This document shows positions 39,389-51,204 of a stretch of 64,000 nucleotides of DNA, piece after piece. Numbering within the stretch: the stretch's first letter is position 1; every line of letters begins with the position of its first letter. Source of the DNA: Octopus sinensis (Eukaryota); NCBI RefSeq assembly GCF_006345805.1, contig NC_043007.1, positions 33,976,001-34,040,000 on the forward strand. Reading direction: 5' to 3'. Below the pieces are notes generated by a model. That model was not told the DNA's origin. It saw only the letters and a list, made by a program, of their open reading frames with translations, and searched no databases. Position numbers and translations under genes: made by a program.

Positions 39389-39951
39389 TTTGACATTGCT
39401 ATTTATTGTTTCGTGACATAAAGCCAAATGTTATGGACGTCACTGGAAATATGATATGACGGCAACAAGTAGTCAAGTCACTGCATCTCTATTCACCACA
39501 AACCCGACCATAATTATTTTCATTAAGACAGCGAGCTGGATAAATTAGAACGCCCATGTATAAACATGCATGTCAATAATTAATAACTCATATGCGATAA
39601 TGCTCTTTAAAATATTTACAACTATTTTACCGATATATTCTGAAAGATGTCTAAGTCAATTATAAGACGAAATCTCTCAAAATCATTTTAATTTTAACAA
39701 TTAGAAATATGAGAAATATGATGAGAGTGAAGTTGTAATTTGATTTTAAATCAATAGGGAAGGTATTTTAACGGATTGATATTTCAGATATACATTACAG
39801 ATATTGTCGGGTAGAGAAATTTGGGCATGGCTGTTTGGGCGGTGAGAATTTGTCACGGCGACCGAGCATTCATCTGTTTTGGCGACGGTACTTTTGGCAC
39901 AGGCGGCAAACAAACTGGTGCCCACGCAGGCATATATATACATATATATAC

Positions 39952-40016
<65 letters not shown>

Positions 40017-40256
40017 GCATGTAATATATATATATATATCTATATATAGAGAGAGAGATGAGAGAGATGGAGAGAGAGAGAAAGAAAGAGAGAGATTTAT
40101 ATATATACATATATAGTTCGATTTGAAAACCCCACTAGAATGGGAGAAAGCGCTAATACATGATCTAAGTTATATGATGTATAAAAAACATGTAATATAC
40201 AAATAAATATCTGTAAATATAAAACCATCCGAATTTCTGAGTACCTCATTTCTTCT

Positions 40257-41608
40257 AATACACACATAAACACGGTCTACGGAATGTTTTCTGGCAAGGG
40301 CGGTGTGGATAGTGGTGAGGGAGTATCCACGTAGGATGAAGTGGCGAGCCATGAGTTGAGACTGAGTCTCAAAGTCATGGTCGTCACTACAGAGCCTACG
40401 TAGACGGAGAAATTGGGAATAGGGGATGGAAAGCTTGGTGTGTTTGGGGTGGGAGGAAGAGTATGAGTGTGAGTCTGTGTGTTTGTAGTGAATGGAGGTG
40501 GTAAGAGTGGAGTGATGAATGCTGACCGAAATGTCGAGGAAGGAGACAGAGGTGTTGGAGATAGTGAAGGTGAAGTGGAGGGCAGGATGGAAGTATTGAA
40601 CGAAAGAGAGGAAGGAATCTAGATGTCCACGGGAGAGTGAGGTGGCACCGATAATGTCGTCAATGTAACGACCGTATAGTTCGGGAGTGGGACCAGTGAA
40701 ACTAGAGAATATTTGGGCCTCAACATAGCCAACGAACAGGTTCGCATAGTTGGGGACCATTCGCGTTCCCATAGCCACTCCTGAGAATTTTGGTAGAACT
40801 CGCCCGCGAACGAGAAGCAGTTAAGAGAAAAGGACAGTTCGGCCAGACGAATGAATGTGGAGGTGTCAGGTTCGGGGTTGGGGCGGAGGTCGAGAAAGTG
40901 TTGAAGTGCCCGCAGTCCTTCGTGGTGAGGATGACGGTATAGAGGCTCTGGATGTCCATTGTAAAAAGTATTTTAGAGGAGCCGGGAGGAAAGGAGAAAG
41001 AGTTGAAAAGCCGCAGAGCATGGTTGGTGTCGTGGATGTGGGAGGGAAGAGACGCCACTAGGGGGGCAAGGACACGGTCGAGGTATTTTGAGATGAGCTC
41101 CGTGGGGCAGTTACAGGCGGAGACGATGGGGCGGCCAAGGTTGCTGGGTTTGTGGATTTTGGAGAGGAAGTAAATGGTGGGGGTGCGGGGGTTCAGACAA
41201 TGAGGTTGGATGTGGTGTGGGGGAGACTAGAGGACGAGATGAGGTAGTGGACAGTAGAGGGTACCGTCCGTTGGTAGCTAAGCGTGGGGTCAGAGGACAG
41301 AGGGAATATAAGGAGGTGTCATTGAGTTGGCGGAGCGCCTCGGCCCTGTAGAGGTCCGCGCGCCACATCACCACAGCTCCACCCGTGTCAGCCGGTTTTA
41401 TGACAATGTCAGCTCGCCGTTGGAGGGATCGAAGAGCCGAGAGCTCAGCCGGGGAGATGTTGAGGCGGCGGTGGCGCCTGGAGAAGTTGAACCGCTCCAA
41501 CGCACGCTGACAGGCACCCGCGCAAAGATCCACTACTAGGAACTAGCCGGGGGCAGACGTCCACAGGGTTGGTCGGCGGCCCAGGTCAGTGAAGCAGTCC
41601 TCATCGTT
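40257..41608 (-). mobile_element. Penelope-like element RT fragment (Neptune-like), frameshifted and truncated
   Basis: IVIKPADTGGAVV, GRPIVSACNCPTE, FTMDIQSLYT, GVAMGTRM, YGRYIDD, SFLDI, IPYSQFLRLRRLCS. Confidence 0.9.
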
Positions 41609-41655
<47 letters not shown>

Positions 41656-41761
41656 GTATATATATATATATAAAATTAATTAACGGTAGAAATTGATATT
41701 TATCAATTAAGACCAGTGGTCTAGCATATTAAAAAAGAATCCGAAGATTTAAATATTTATA

Positions 41762-41912
41762 TATACCAATTAAGGACTGAACACGAAATGTGGACAGTCA
41801 ACATGCTAGATATAGACGTCAAATCGCCATTCACCATTCTTTGTGGTGAATGGCGATTTGACGTCTATATCTAGCATGTTGACTGTCCACTTTTCGTGTT
41901 CAGTCCTTAATT

Positions 41913-41918
<6 letters not shown>
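41762..41918. repeat. Near-perfect hairpin: 75-bp arms, 7-nt loop
   Basis: 41762-41836 versus 41844-41918, one mismatch. Confidence 0.95.
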
Positions 41919-41947
<29 letters not shown>

Positions 41948-42409
41948 TTATATCCAGATGTGTGATATGTAATTTAAGGAAGCCAGGGGAAAGAAAGCAT
42001 TCACATGATGCATTACTATTACTGTTACACGAAGTTAAACACTCTGCTAATGGCTCACTGTGATATGCTTGCTCAGATACTGCTAGTTCTTTATTTTACA
42101 GCCATGTGTCAGTCCACTTTTAGAGATATGGAAGTGGTCGGAATCCTTCCACAATATATAGACATGGAGAGAGAGGAGGGGGTAAAGGTAAAAAGAAAGA
42201 GAAGTAAAGTGAGAGAGAGAGAAGAGAGTAGAGAGTAGAGAGTAGAGAGTAGAGAGTAGAGAGTAGAGAGGAGAGAGGGGAGGTATAGTGGGAAAGCAAG
42301 AGGAGAGAAAGAAGAGAGCCAGATATTACGATTCATTAACTGAACATTATTGACATAAACTCTCATGCATATAAATTATGCTAACAAACATGAGCAGAGA
42401 GAAAGAGAT

Positions 42410-42446
<37 letters not shown>

Positions 42447-44019
42447 GAGAGAAAGAGAAAGAAAGAAAGAATAAAGAAAGAAAGAAGGAAGGCAGGAAGG
42501 AAGAAAGAAGGAAAGAAGGGGAGAAAGAAAGAAAGAAAGAAAGAAGGAAGGAATAGAAGAAAGAAAGAAAGAATGAGTGAATAAATGAAAGAAGGAAGAA
42601 AGAAAGAATAAATGAAAGTGGGGAAGAGAGAAAAAGGAAGAAAAAAGAAAGAACGAACGAACGAACGAAGGAAAGAAGGAAGAGAAGAAAGAAAGAAAGA
42701 AAGAATGGGTGAATAAATGAAAGAAGGGAAGAAAGAGAGAAAGAATGAAAGGAAGAAATAAAGGAAGAAAGAAAGAAAAACAGAGATATTTGAGGGAGTA
42801 CGAGTGAAGCATTAAAATGTCTGATGTTAAATAAGGCAGCGTCGGATTAACGATGCCATATCGGCTGCACCAAAATGTTTCATACTCAGATATTGCTCTT
42901 ACACTTAATACGCTTATTTTCATTACAAGTTACGTGAGGCGTATTATGTGCCGCACAGTCGTCTATGTGAAAAGTGATGTTCCATATAGTCTAGCAAGTT
43001 TATAATAATTCTGCTTGTCATTCCGTTACTTAGCCTGGCGCGGTAACGCTTTCACTAAAGAACACTTGACTAAAGAAGGCGCAGAAAGGAAAGAGGGAAA
43101 CAGGAAAAGATGGAGAGAGCTACAGATTGAGAGAGAAGGAGGGGAGTGTCAAGAGTTTATGACGTGAGATAGCGGGAACATAACTGTATTGCTATCACGA
43201 AATTAATTGAAGGGAAAAAGAGTATGAGAGGGGGCAAAAAAGGAGACAATAAAAGGGGATAAGGCGAACAGTGAGACAGAAAGGATAAAGAAAAAGAGGA
43301 AGGCGGTAAAAGATAGTGGGAAAAGAGAGTGAGAAGTGTTCATGACGTGAGGTAGAGGGAACGTAATATTTATTACGTGGTTAAAAAATTTGGCTGAAGG
43401 TAGCAATGATATAGAGGAGGAGAGTTTAAAATATAATTTTAGCAGAGGGGTGATGTTCTGATGGTGAGGTTAAAGGCAGAGAGACGGAAAAAGATATAAG
43501 AGACAAAGAGATAGAGGAGGCAAAGAGAGAGATGATGATAATGATGGTTTGGTGGCGCTTGTAATGGCGGTGGTGGTAGTGGAGGTGATGGTGGTGGTGG
43601 ACGTGTCGGAGGTGAGTGAATAGTGAAAAGTATATATTTTTAAAAACTGAACTAGTTATTTTGTATATCATCTATCACTTAACGCATGTACTTAAGTGCA
43701 TGTCTATGAAATATTCACGCTTACTTATGTGACAGATATATGCAATTTAACTAAAGGTTGTATCGTATGTACGGCGATATTTTTTCTTTTTGTTTATGGG
43801 GAAAATAGAAAAATAAGTGTGAATATTTATTTTATGATTGCTGTGTATTAATTCTATAGAATTGTGCATAAAGTATATAAAGTGCATTAGCTAATCATCG
43901 CATTCCAACTTCTTTCAGTTATCAGTGAATAGGAGATGAGCGACTGTCTTTCCATACAGACACAACATAAGCTGCGCTTTCAGGAATTTTGCATAAAATT
44001 TTCTGACATAATCCAATAG

Positions 44020-44133
44020 GCTTACTGTCAAATATTCACGGGTCCCGCTGCTTGTCATAATTCTAGAACAGGTGGAGTTCCACAAGTTATACTGGAGGAA
44101 TGTTGTTTTAAAGCATTACAAATTGGTAACCAG
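44020..44133 (+). CDS. Putative isolated coding exon (AYCQIFTGPAACHNSRTGGVPQVILEECCFKALQIGNQ), unassigned
   Basis: AG acceptor at 44018-19, 114-nt open frame, CAG|GTAAAT donor, non-repetitive context; no recognised homology. Confidence 0.25.
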
Positions 44134-44313
44134 GTAAATACGGAGCGGTTTTAACCTGCTGTTTTATCTCCAAATATACGTACTGGAAGGAAGTTGACTG
44201 TATTTTGGGAATTTATGTAAACATTTACAAACCCTTCAGGAAACACGCGATTGTATTAATATACGTATGTGTATGTGTTTAGACATAAACAAACATTTAT
44301 ATGTGTGTGTATG

Positions 44314-44367
<54 letters not shown>

Positions 44368-44369
44368 AT

Positions 44370-45463
44370 ATGTATATGCGTGTATACACACACATTTACA
44401 CACACACGCACACATATACACATTCGCACACACACACTCACACGCATATATACATATATATATATATATATATATTCAAATGCATATGCGTGCAAAAACT
44501 GATAAAGCGGTGCTTTCGAACTAATATGTTTTCTCTAATATTAGTTCCACCCAAATTGCACAGACGTTCCTTTGTCACTCTAGCCAACATTTTAGTCTGC
44601 GAACCGGTGATTATACCGCAGGAAATCTGTAACGTTCTTGTTCACACCAAACGATATACAATAAAAAAAAATATAAATAAATTCATGTTTTACTTCTCAT
44701 TTACTGCAGCATAGTTATCTGGTGAAAATCAAGCTGTCATTTGAAGGGCAAGAGAATTGTTCTGCTGTTTGTAAAGAGAGAAAGAGACGTAAGCTGCTTT
44801 GAAAATTACGATTAACTGTGTTCTACATTATATATCTATGTGTATGTATGTGTGAATGTTAAAATGTATATGTGTATATCCACACACGAGTACACAAACA
44901 CACACACATACACACACACACACACAATATATATATATATGTATATGCGTGTATACACACACATTTACACACACACGCACACATATACACATTCGCACAC
45001 ACACACTCACACGCATATATACATATATATATATATATATATTCAAATGCATATGCGTGCAAAAACTGATAAGCGGTGCTTTCGAACTAATATGTTTTCT
45101 CTAATATTAGTTCCACCCAAATTGCACAGACGTTCCTTTGTCACTCTAGCCAACATTTTAGTCTGCGAACCGGTGATTATACCGCAGGAAATCTGTAACG
45201 TTCTTGTTCACACCAAACGATATACAATAAAAAAAAATATAAATAAATTCATGTTTTACTTCTCATTTACTGCAGCATAGTTATCTGGTGAAAATCTAGC
45301 TGTCATTTGAAGGGCAAGAGAATTGTTCTGCTGTTTGTAAAGAGAGAAAGAGACGTAAGCTGCTTTGAAAATTACGATTAACTGTGTTCTACATTATATA
45401 TCTATGTGTATGTATGTGTGAATGTTAAAATGTATATGTGTATATCCACACACGAGTACACAA

Positions 45464-45480
<17 letters not shown>
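44370..45480. repeat. Tandem duplication with ~570-bp period
   Basis: Nearly identical unique blocks at 44490-44835 and 45058-45401, separated by (AC)/(AT) repeats. Confidence 0.92.
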
Positions 45481-45496
<16 letters not shown>

Positions 45497-45529
45497 GGTC
45501 TATGTGTGTATATATATATATAATTAAGA

Positions 45530-46665
45530 AACATTAAATTTAGATAACGGCTTAATCTAGTCTTACCATAACCGTAATAAAACTATAAAGTATATCCACG
45601 CCATATCAAATCATCCCCAATGGGTCATTAACGGGATAATCAAAGGTATGTCGATAAGGATCTCTAACTTATCCGCAAACGAAAAGTGTTTTGATGGTTT
45701 TGCACCCTTTTATAATACACCATTAAAAAACAGGAGATTGAATAAGAAGGTATATTATATTAAGAACACAATATTTAAAAATAAATTAGACAAACATTTT
45801 CCAAATACTGCGAATTTAAATATCGACACACCTTCCATGAACACCCCGCCCCTGAATATAAGAACCAACAACATCTTAGAAGATACTAGAATTTATTTAA
45901 TTATAATAACAATAACTATACTGGACAACCCGGGGAGGAACGGAAATTATATGCTCCACACCCTTTTTTTACCAGGTTAGAAACCTCCCTAAATTATTTT
46001 TAGGATTATCGATAGGAACTTGCCATTAAGCCATAAATATAATTCCATATTTAATAGATCCTGCCTTAAATTATCGTACTCAACCACACCCAATCTAGAA
46101 TCTATAATCGCGGCCAACAATAGACTTAAACTTAGAAATAACGGCATTAATAGGGATGACAATATAGCTGACCTTAATATGAATAATAATAATATGAACC
46201 CTGATATTAAAAATAGAAAGGTCAAGCATGGAAATAAGACATGTAATTGTCATAATATGGAGTGTTTTTCCCTTAAAAGGATTCTGTCTAAGGAGAAATG
46301 TCGTATATAAAGTTAGTTTCATCCCTTAATGAACCTAAAAAGGAAGTACGACTGATTTTAAGATTAGATATAGGGCACACACAATTTCATTTATCAATCA
46401 CGAAACAAAAACTTCAGCCACACTAGCTACCCACATTAATAAATTTAAAATGTGCAATAAAGAATTCAATCTAGATTGGTCTATGATAACGAAAACCACA
46501 CCATATAATACACGCAGTAAAAATTGCAATTTGTGCACAAAGGAAACGATCCACATTCCCCGTGCCGACAAAAAGAATAGCTTACTCAATAAGATATCGG
46601 ATTTCAATATAATGTGTAGAGATAAATATTTATCAGCTCTTCAATTTTGTCCCCAAAATAATTAG
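45530..46665 (+). mobile_element. Penelope-like element 3' relic (RT thumb to GIY-YIG)
   Basis: YIHAISNHP, ISNLSANE, IFNRSCLKLSYSTTPNL, CNCHNMECF, LDWSMI...KNCNLCTKE. Confidence 0.85.
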
Positions 46666-46757
46666 CCTATTTGATTTTAATCTAGCCACCCTTCATATAT
46701 TTGGATTCATCTTAAAATATTATAATATATAGAGTGATAATTTATCTTAACATGTAG

Positions 46758-46946
46758 GGGCACATCAAGAAGAAGTGCCCCAAAAGCGAAAATGAGCCGG
46801 GAAAAGCAGTAGAGATCCTGTCTGAGCCCGCGAGTACAGCAAAGGTAGCGGAAGGAAACCAAGACGCAGTTGATTTGGAAGAAACAGACGCCGAAGAGGA
46901 TTATTATACAGGTTACCAGAAAGAGAGAGAGGAGAGATACAAATAA
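46758..46946 (+). mobile_element. Probable LINE ORF1 fragment (end of CCHC knuckle)
   Basis: Translates GHIKKKCPKSENEPGKAVE... Confidence 0.45.
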
Positions 46947-47524
46947 CTCACCACCAAAGTGTTCACAAAAAAAGAAAAAAAGAGCCATAAAAGCAAACAG
47001 AAAAAATGCCGACAACTACAGAAAACAACGCACTCACACAGCACATACCACTGCTAGCATCCCCCGAAAAAAAAACAACACAGATTCTCTCATCAAACAG
47101 ACTCCTGAAGACATTCAAACGCCAACATTGCAAACTGCAGATTTAGTGACTTATAGAACTAGTAAATCCATTGAAAAAAAACTATTAACAAATTTAAAAA
47201 CATCACTAGCGTTGAGCTATCCAATTTCCGGATCTTTTCACTTTGACCGGCAGATTTTTTTAATAATTTCTTTGTAACTAAACACTTTTAAACTTCGTAT
47301 ACTGGTAGAATGTGTTACATAAAACGTCTTTCTCTCTTGGCTTTCTTGAGAAAATACTGTAGTTTGTAAGCTATTTCTTGTTAAATTTCTTGCATTTCGT
47401 TAATTTCAACCAATCAATGACGTCTATTGAGGTGAATACAATTTCTGCGGTTGTTTGTCAATGCGGTGTCTACTCAGTTTGTCACTGTTATTTATGAGAA
47501 AAAAGATACCCTTCTTCCCACACC

Positions 47525-47566
47525 TAACCCTAACCATAACCATAACCCTAACCCTAACCCTAACCC
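47525..47566. repeat. Interstitial telomere-type repeat, 7 units (5 TAACCC, 2 TAACCA)
   Basis: Read directly. Confidence 0.9.
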
Positions 47567-47569
47567 CAC

Positions 47570-47960
47570 ATATATATAAAAGTAGAAACTCCTGTACTGA
47601 TAGGAACGGTAGGAACTGTATTGTATGTAGATTTAGCCCACAAACAAATTGTAAATCTAGGAATGTAGTCTATAGAATAAGATTTACAGAGGGGTGGTGC
47701 AGTAACTGGATAACGACGTACATCAAGGAGACAGCACGGAGCATAGGAGAGCGGGTAAATGAGTATTGGAGGGAACTTAAGGAAGAGAAGAGCTCATCAG
47801 TTCTGTAACAGCACGCCGAGCAGGAACTCGGGGGTTCACTCAGCAACATAGAATTTAAAGTCTTGTCCACACATAGAACAGACGCAACGCTTAGACAAAT
47901 TACAGAAGCTACACAAATAATAGAAGATAAACCTAGCCTGAATAGGAAACAGGAATGAAA
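47570..47960 (+). mobile_element. PLE GIY-YIG endonuclease fragment of a second lineage
   Basis: NVVYRI...YIKETARSIGERV...EATQIIEDKPSLNR. Confidence 0.8.
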
Positions 47961-48409
47961 CACTAGCACACCACATCTTGCAACACCGCACCGCACACCA
48001 CCACCCCACACACACCACAACACACCACACATCACCACGCCACCACAACACAACGCACAAAGGAAAACACATCAACAAACTACCATACCACATCGTACCC
48101 CCCTGCACACACTAGCATTGACTACTTCCCAGCACCAACACCACACCACACCACACCAAATCACACCACATCACACCATCGCACACACTAGCACTGACCA
48201 CTTTCCAGCACCCACACCATCATCCACATGCACATGCACACCCACACGTCAAGGTCACCAGCCAAAATCCACACGCATTCACACGATTTCACATACACGC
48301 ACGCGCACCTTCGTTTTGGGATCACCACTACTTTATTATCTCACCGTCTTCCTTGCTCTCCTGTCTGACCACCTCTGTCCAGCCATCGCCATGATCAACA
48401 GCTAGCCAC

Positions 48410-48560
48410 TAAAGCTTTTTTATTCTCTCCCTGTTTATTTTCTCGAGTTCCTCTCTGTTGAAGATCGTAGGCTCGAAACGTAAAAGACTTTCTCACCTTC
48501 CAGAGCGTTGAACTAATAAACATGTTTTTCTTTTTTCTTCTTTTTTAATTGTTTTTTTTT
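48410..48560 (+). mobile_element. Mini-element family E with best-preserved variant hammerhead core (48455-48482)
   Basis: CTGTTGA-A-GATC-GTAG-GCTC-GAA-ACGT-A-AAAGA. Confidence 0.7.
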
Positions 48561-48620
48561 AGATTGTCTATACATACATACATACATACATGCATACATA
48601 CATACACATACATACATACA

Positions 48621-48678
<58 letters not shown>

Positions 48679-48682
48679 CATG

Positions 48683-48736
<54 letters not shown>

Positions 48737-49158
48737 CATATATGAATTTTCGTTAATATAAACAAGTGAAGAAACTGAAGGAACGAAGCTCTTTGACACA
48801 AAAGAACATATTAGAATCAATTAGAATTTGTTTACATTTTAAATTATAGGAATATACTTTACTGGTTTCACAGTTTATTTTCAAAAGTGTATAGTGTACG
48901 GATATGTGTCGTGAATTTATGTCTCTTTCAGGCGTTCTTATAAAAACAGAATGTTTTTAGGATAGAAATGCGACTCAGAACAGTATTTGCTAACGCACGA
49001 ATTGTATGGTCAATGTTGATGAAGTAAAACCTAATTAATTCTAATTTTAATATTAATATTATAATTTTAATATTTTAATTTTAATATTTTCTAATTCGAA
49101 TATTTTCTCTGTGCATTTTCAACTTCATTTATTATGTACATCCATCCATCCATATATA

Positions 49159-49727
49159 TTGGGTTGTCCGGAAAGTTCATGCCGATTTATAGTAGCTTAC
49201 GTTTCGACTTGTTTTAAAACATGGTTCAGTCCATAAAATAGGATTTGACTGCACCTCTATTTAGAGCACAGTTTAAGCTATCTTTTCGTGGAAGAAGGTT
49301 TATCTTCCTATAACCTGTGTTAATTCTGTAACCCTTTAAAATGGAAGATAAGAAAGTTCATTTTCGGCACTTGATGCTTTGGGAACCAGACAATAATTGC
49401 TTCAGCTCGGCTGGGATGTGTTACCTCACCCTTTATATTCACCAGATATTGCTCCTTCGGATTTCCATTTATTCAGGTCTCTGCAGAATAATCTTAATGG
49501 TAAAAATTTCAATTCCTTGGATGACGTAAAAAGATACCTTCTTTGTCATGAAACCACCTCATTTCTGGGAAGAGGATATTTTCAAGTTAAAGGAAAGATG
49601 GAGACGTATTGTGCAATAAAATGGTTCATATTTGGTTGAATAAAAACTGTAATGGCAAGTATTTATTGACATTTATTGACATTTTTCTTTCCTCTAAAAA
49701 TCGGCACGAACTCTCCGGACAACCCAA
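49159..49727 (+). mobile_element. Internally deleted non-autonomous mariner
   Basis: TIRs TTGGGTTGTCCGGAAAGTTC.TGCCGATT, TA flanks; MEDKKVHFRHLMLWE fused to GWDVLPHPLYSPDIAPSDFHLF. Confidence 0.92.
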
Positions 49728-49734
49728 TATATAT

Positions 49735-49900
49735 AGTTGAAATTTATAGAAAATCAAAAGACGAAAACAGGTTAATGAAACACAAGTAAGTGTATTAGTC
49801 TGACGCTCCGGAAAATGGAAAAAAATCTTTTATATTTCGGGCCTACGGTCTTCAACACAAAGGAATATGAGAAAATAAACAGAGAGAGATTGAAAAAAAA
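49735..49900 (-). mobile_element. Mini-element family E, degenerate, stem III ATAT
   Basis: CCTTT-GTGTTGA-A-GACCGTAGGCCC-GAA-ATAT-A-AAAGA. Confidence 0.6.
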
Positions 49901-50197
49901 ATTATAGATTTCAGCAGTCCATTAATCCCTCGACATATCGCGTTTCACCTATAGTGGTTTATTATTTAAGCTTACGTCGATTCCTCCGGGGTGTTGTTTT
50001 GCTTTTATAATAAAATAAATGCATACAAATTATAAAAATAATTTAAAAAATTATACAGTACTGTTTCTACTTCACAGATTTTCACCTATAACGTGGTGTC
50101 TCGGAACGTAACACCTGCGATAGTCAAGGACTACTGAATGTATGTATGTATATATATGCTCTTAGCGTAGTTTTTCCTTGGGGCTAGCCAGATTGGA

Positions 50198-50262
50198 GCA
50201 ATCTCAAGTTAATCAGCCAAAATTGCGTGGATGATCTGGTTCTTGACTGAAGATAAAAGGCT
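50198..50262 (+). ncRNA. Second copy of the permuted hammerhead-like motif (G12 changed to A)
   Basis: GCAAT-C-TCAAG...AGCC-AAAATTGC...CTTGA-CTGAAGA-N5-GGCT within element 50150-50375. Confidence 0.4.
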
Positions 50263-50368
50263 TCGAATGACCCGTCCTTGTTTTTTGTATCGTCTATCTT
50301 GATGTTTTGTTGTCCCTGTTTGTATCACCTAGTTATCCGGATGTTTTGCGTTCTTGTCCCATATTTTT

Positions 50369-50417
<49 letters not shown>

Positions 50418-50419
<2 letters not shown>

Positions 50420-50824
50420 CGCAGGAGTGGCTGTGTGGTAAGTAGCTTGCTAACCAACCACATGGCTCAGGGTTCAGTCCCACTGCGTGGCATCTTGGGC
50501 AAGTCTCTTCTGCTATAGCCCCGGGCCGACCAATGCCTTGTGAGTGGATTTGGTAAACGGAAACTGAAAGAAGCCTGTCGTATATATGTATATATATATA
50601 TGTGTGTGTGTGTTTGTGTGTCTGTGTTTGTCCCCCTAGCATTGCTTGACAACCGATGCTGGTGTGTTTACGTCCCCGTCACTTAGCGGTTCGGCAAAAG
50701 AGACCGATAGAATAAGTACTGGGCTTACAAAGAATAAGTCCCGGGGTCGATTTGCTCAACTAAAGGCGGTGCTCCAGTATGGCCGCAGTCAGATGACTGA
50801 AACAAGTAAAAGAGTAAAAGAGTA

Positions 50825-50825
<1 letters not shown>
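50418..50825 (+). mobile_element. SINE family A, full length
   Basis: Match from head to tail. Confidence 0.9.
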
Positions 50826-50860
<35 letters not shown>

Positions 50861-50932
50861 ATATATATATATATTCGTATATTCATGTCATATTTAACAA
50901 CCTTGAGGATCCTTGAACATGGGAAGACTTAC

Positions 50933-50995
50933 CGCTGCAGACGTAGTGCCGGGAGAACATTTCCCCCTCTACGACATGTTTGGAAATACATTGCG
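50933..50995 (-). CDS. Putative 63-nt phase 1-1 exon (QCISKHVVEGEMFSRHYVCS), unassigned
   Basis: CATTTACAG acceptor and G|GTAAGT donor on the minus strand, open frame. Confidence 0.25.
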
Positions 50996-51204
50996 CTGTA
51001 AATGATGTTACTGGATCTTAAGGCTCATGTTTTTCTACGTTTTTTTCGCATCGTCAGCAAGGAAAATCTACTCGTATTTAGTATTTAACATAAATTTATT
51101 TACTGCACCTATTTATTTTTTGTTTTTTGCTTTTTTTTGTCATTATAACTTCGGAAAATCTGTGAATCCAGGGATACGTAATTTTGTCTATTAACTACGT
51201 CTGA

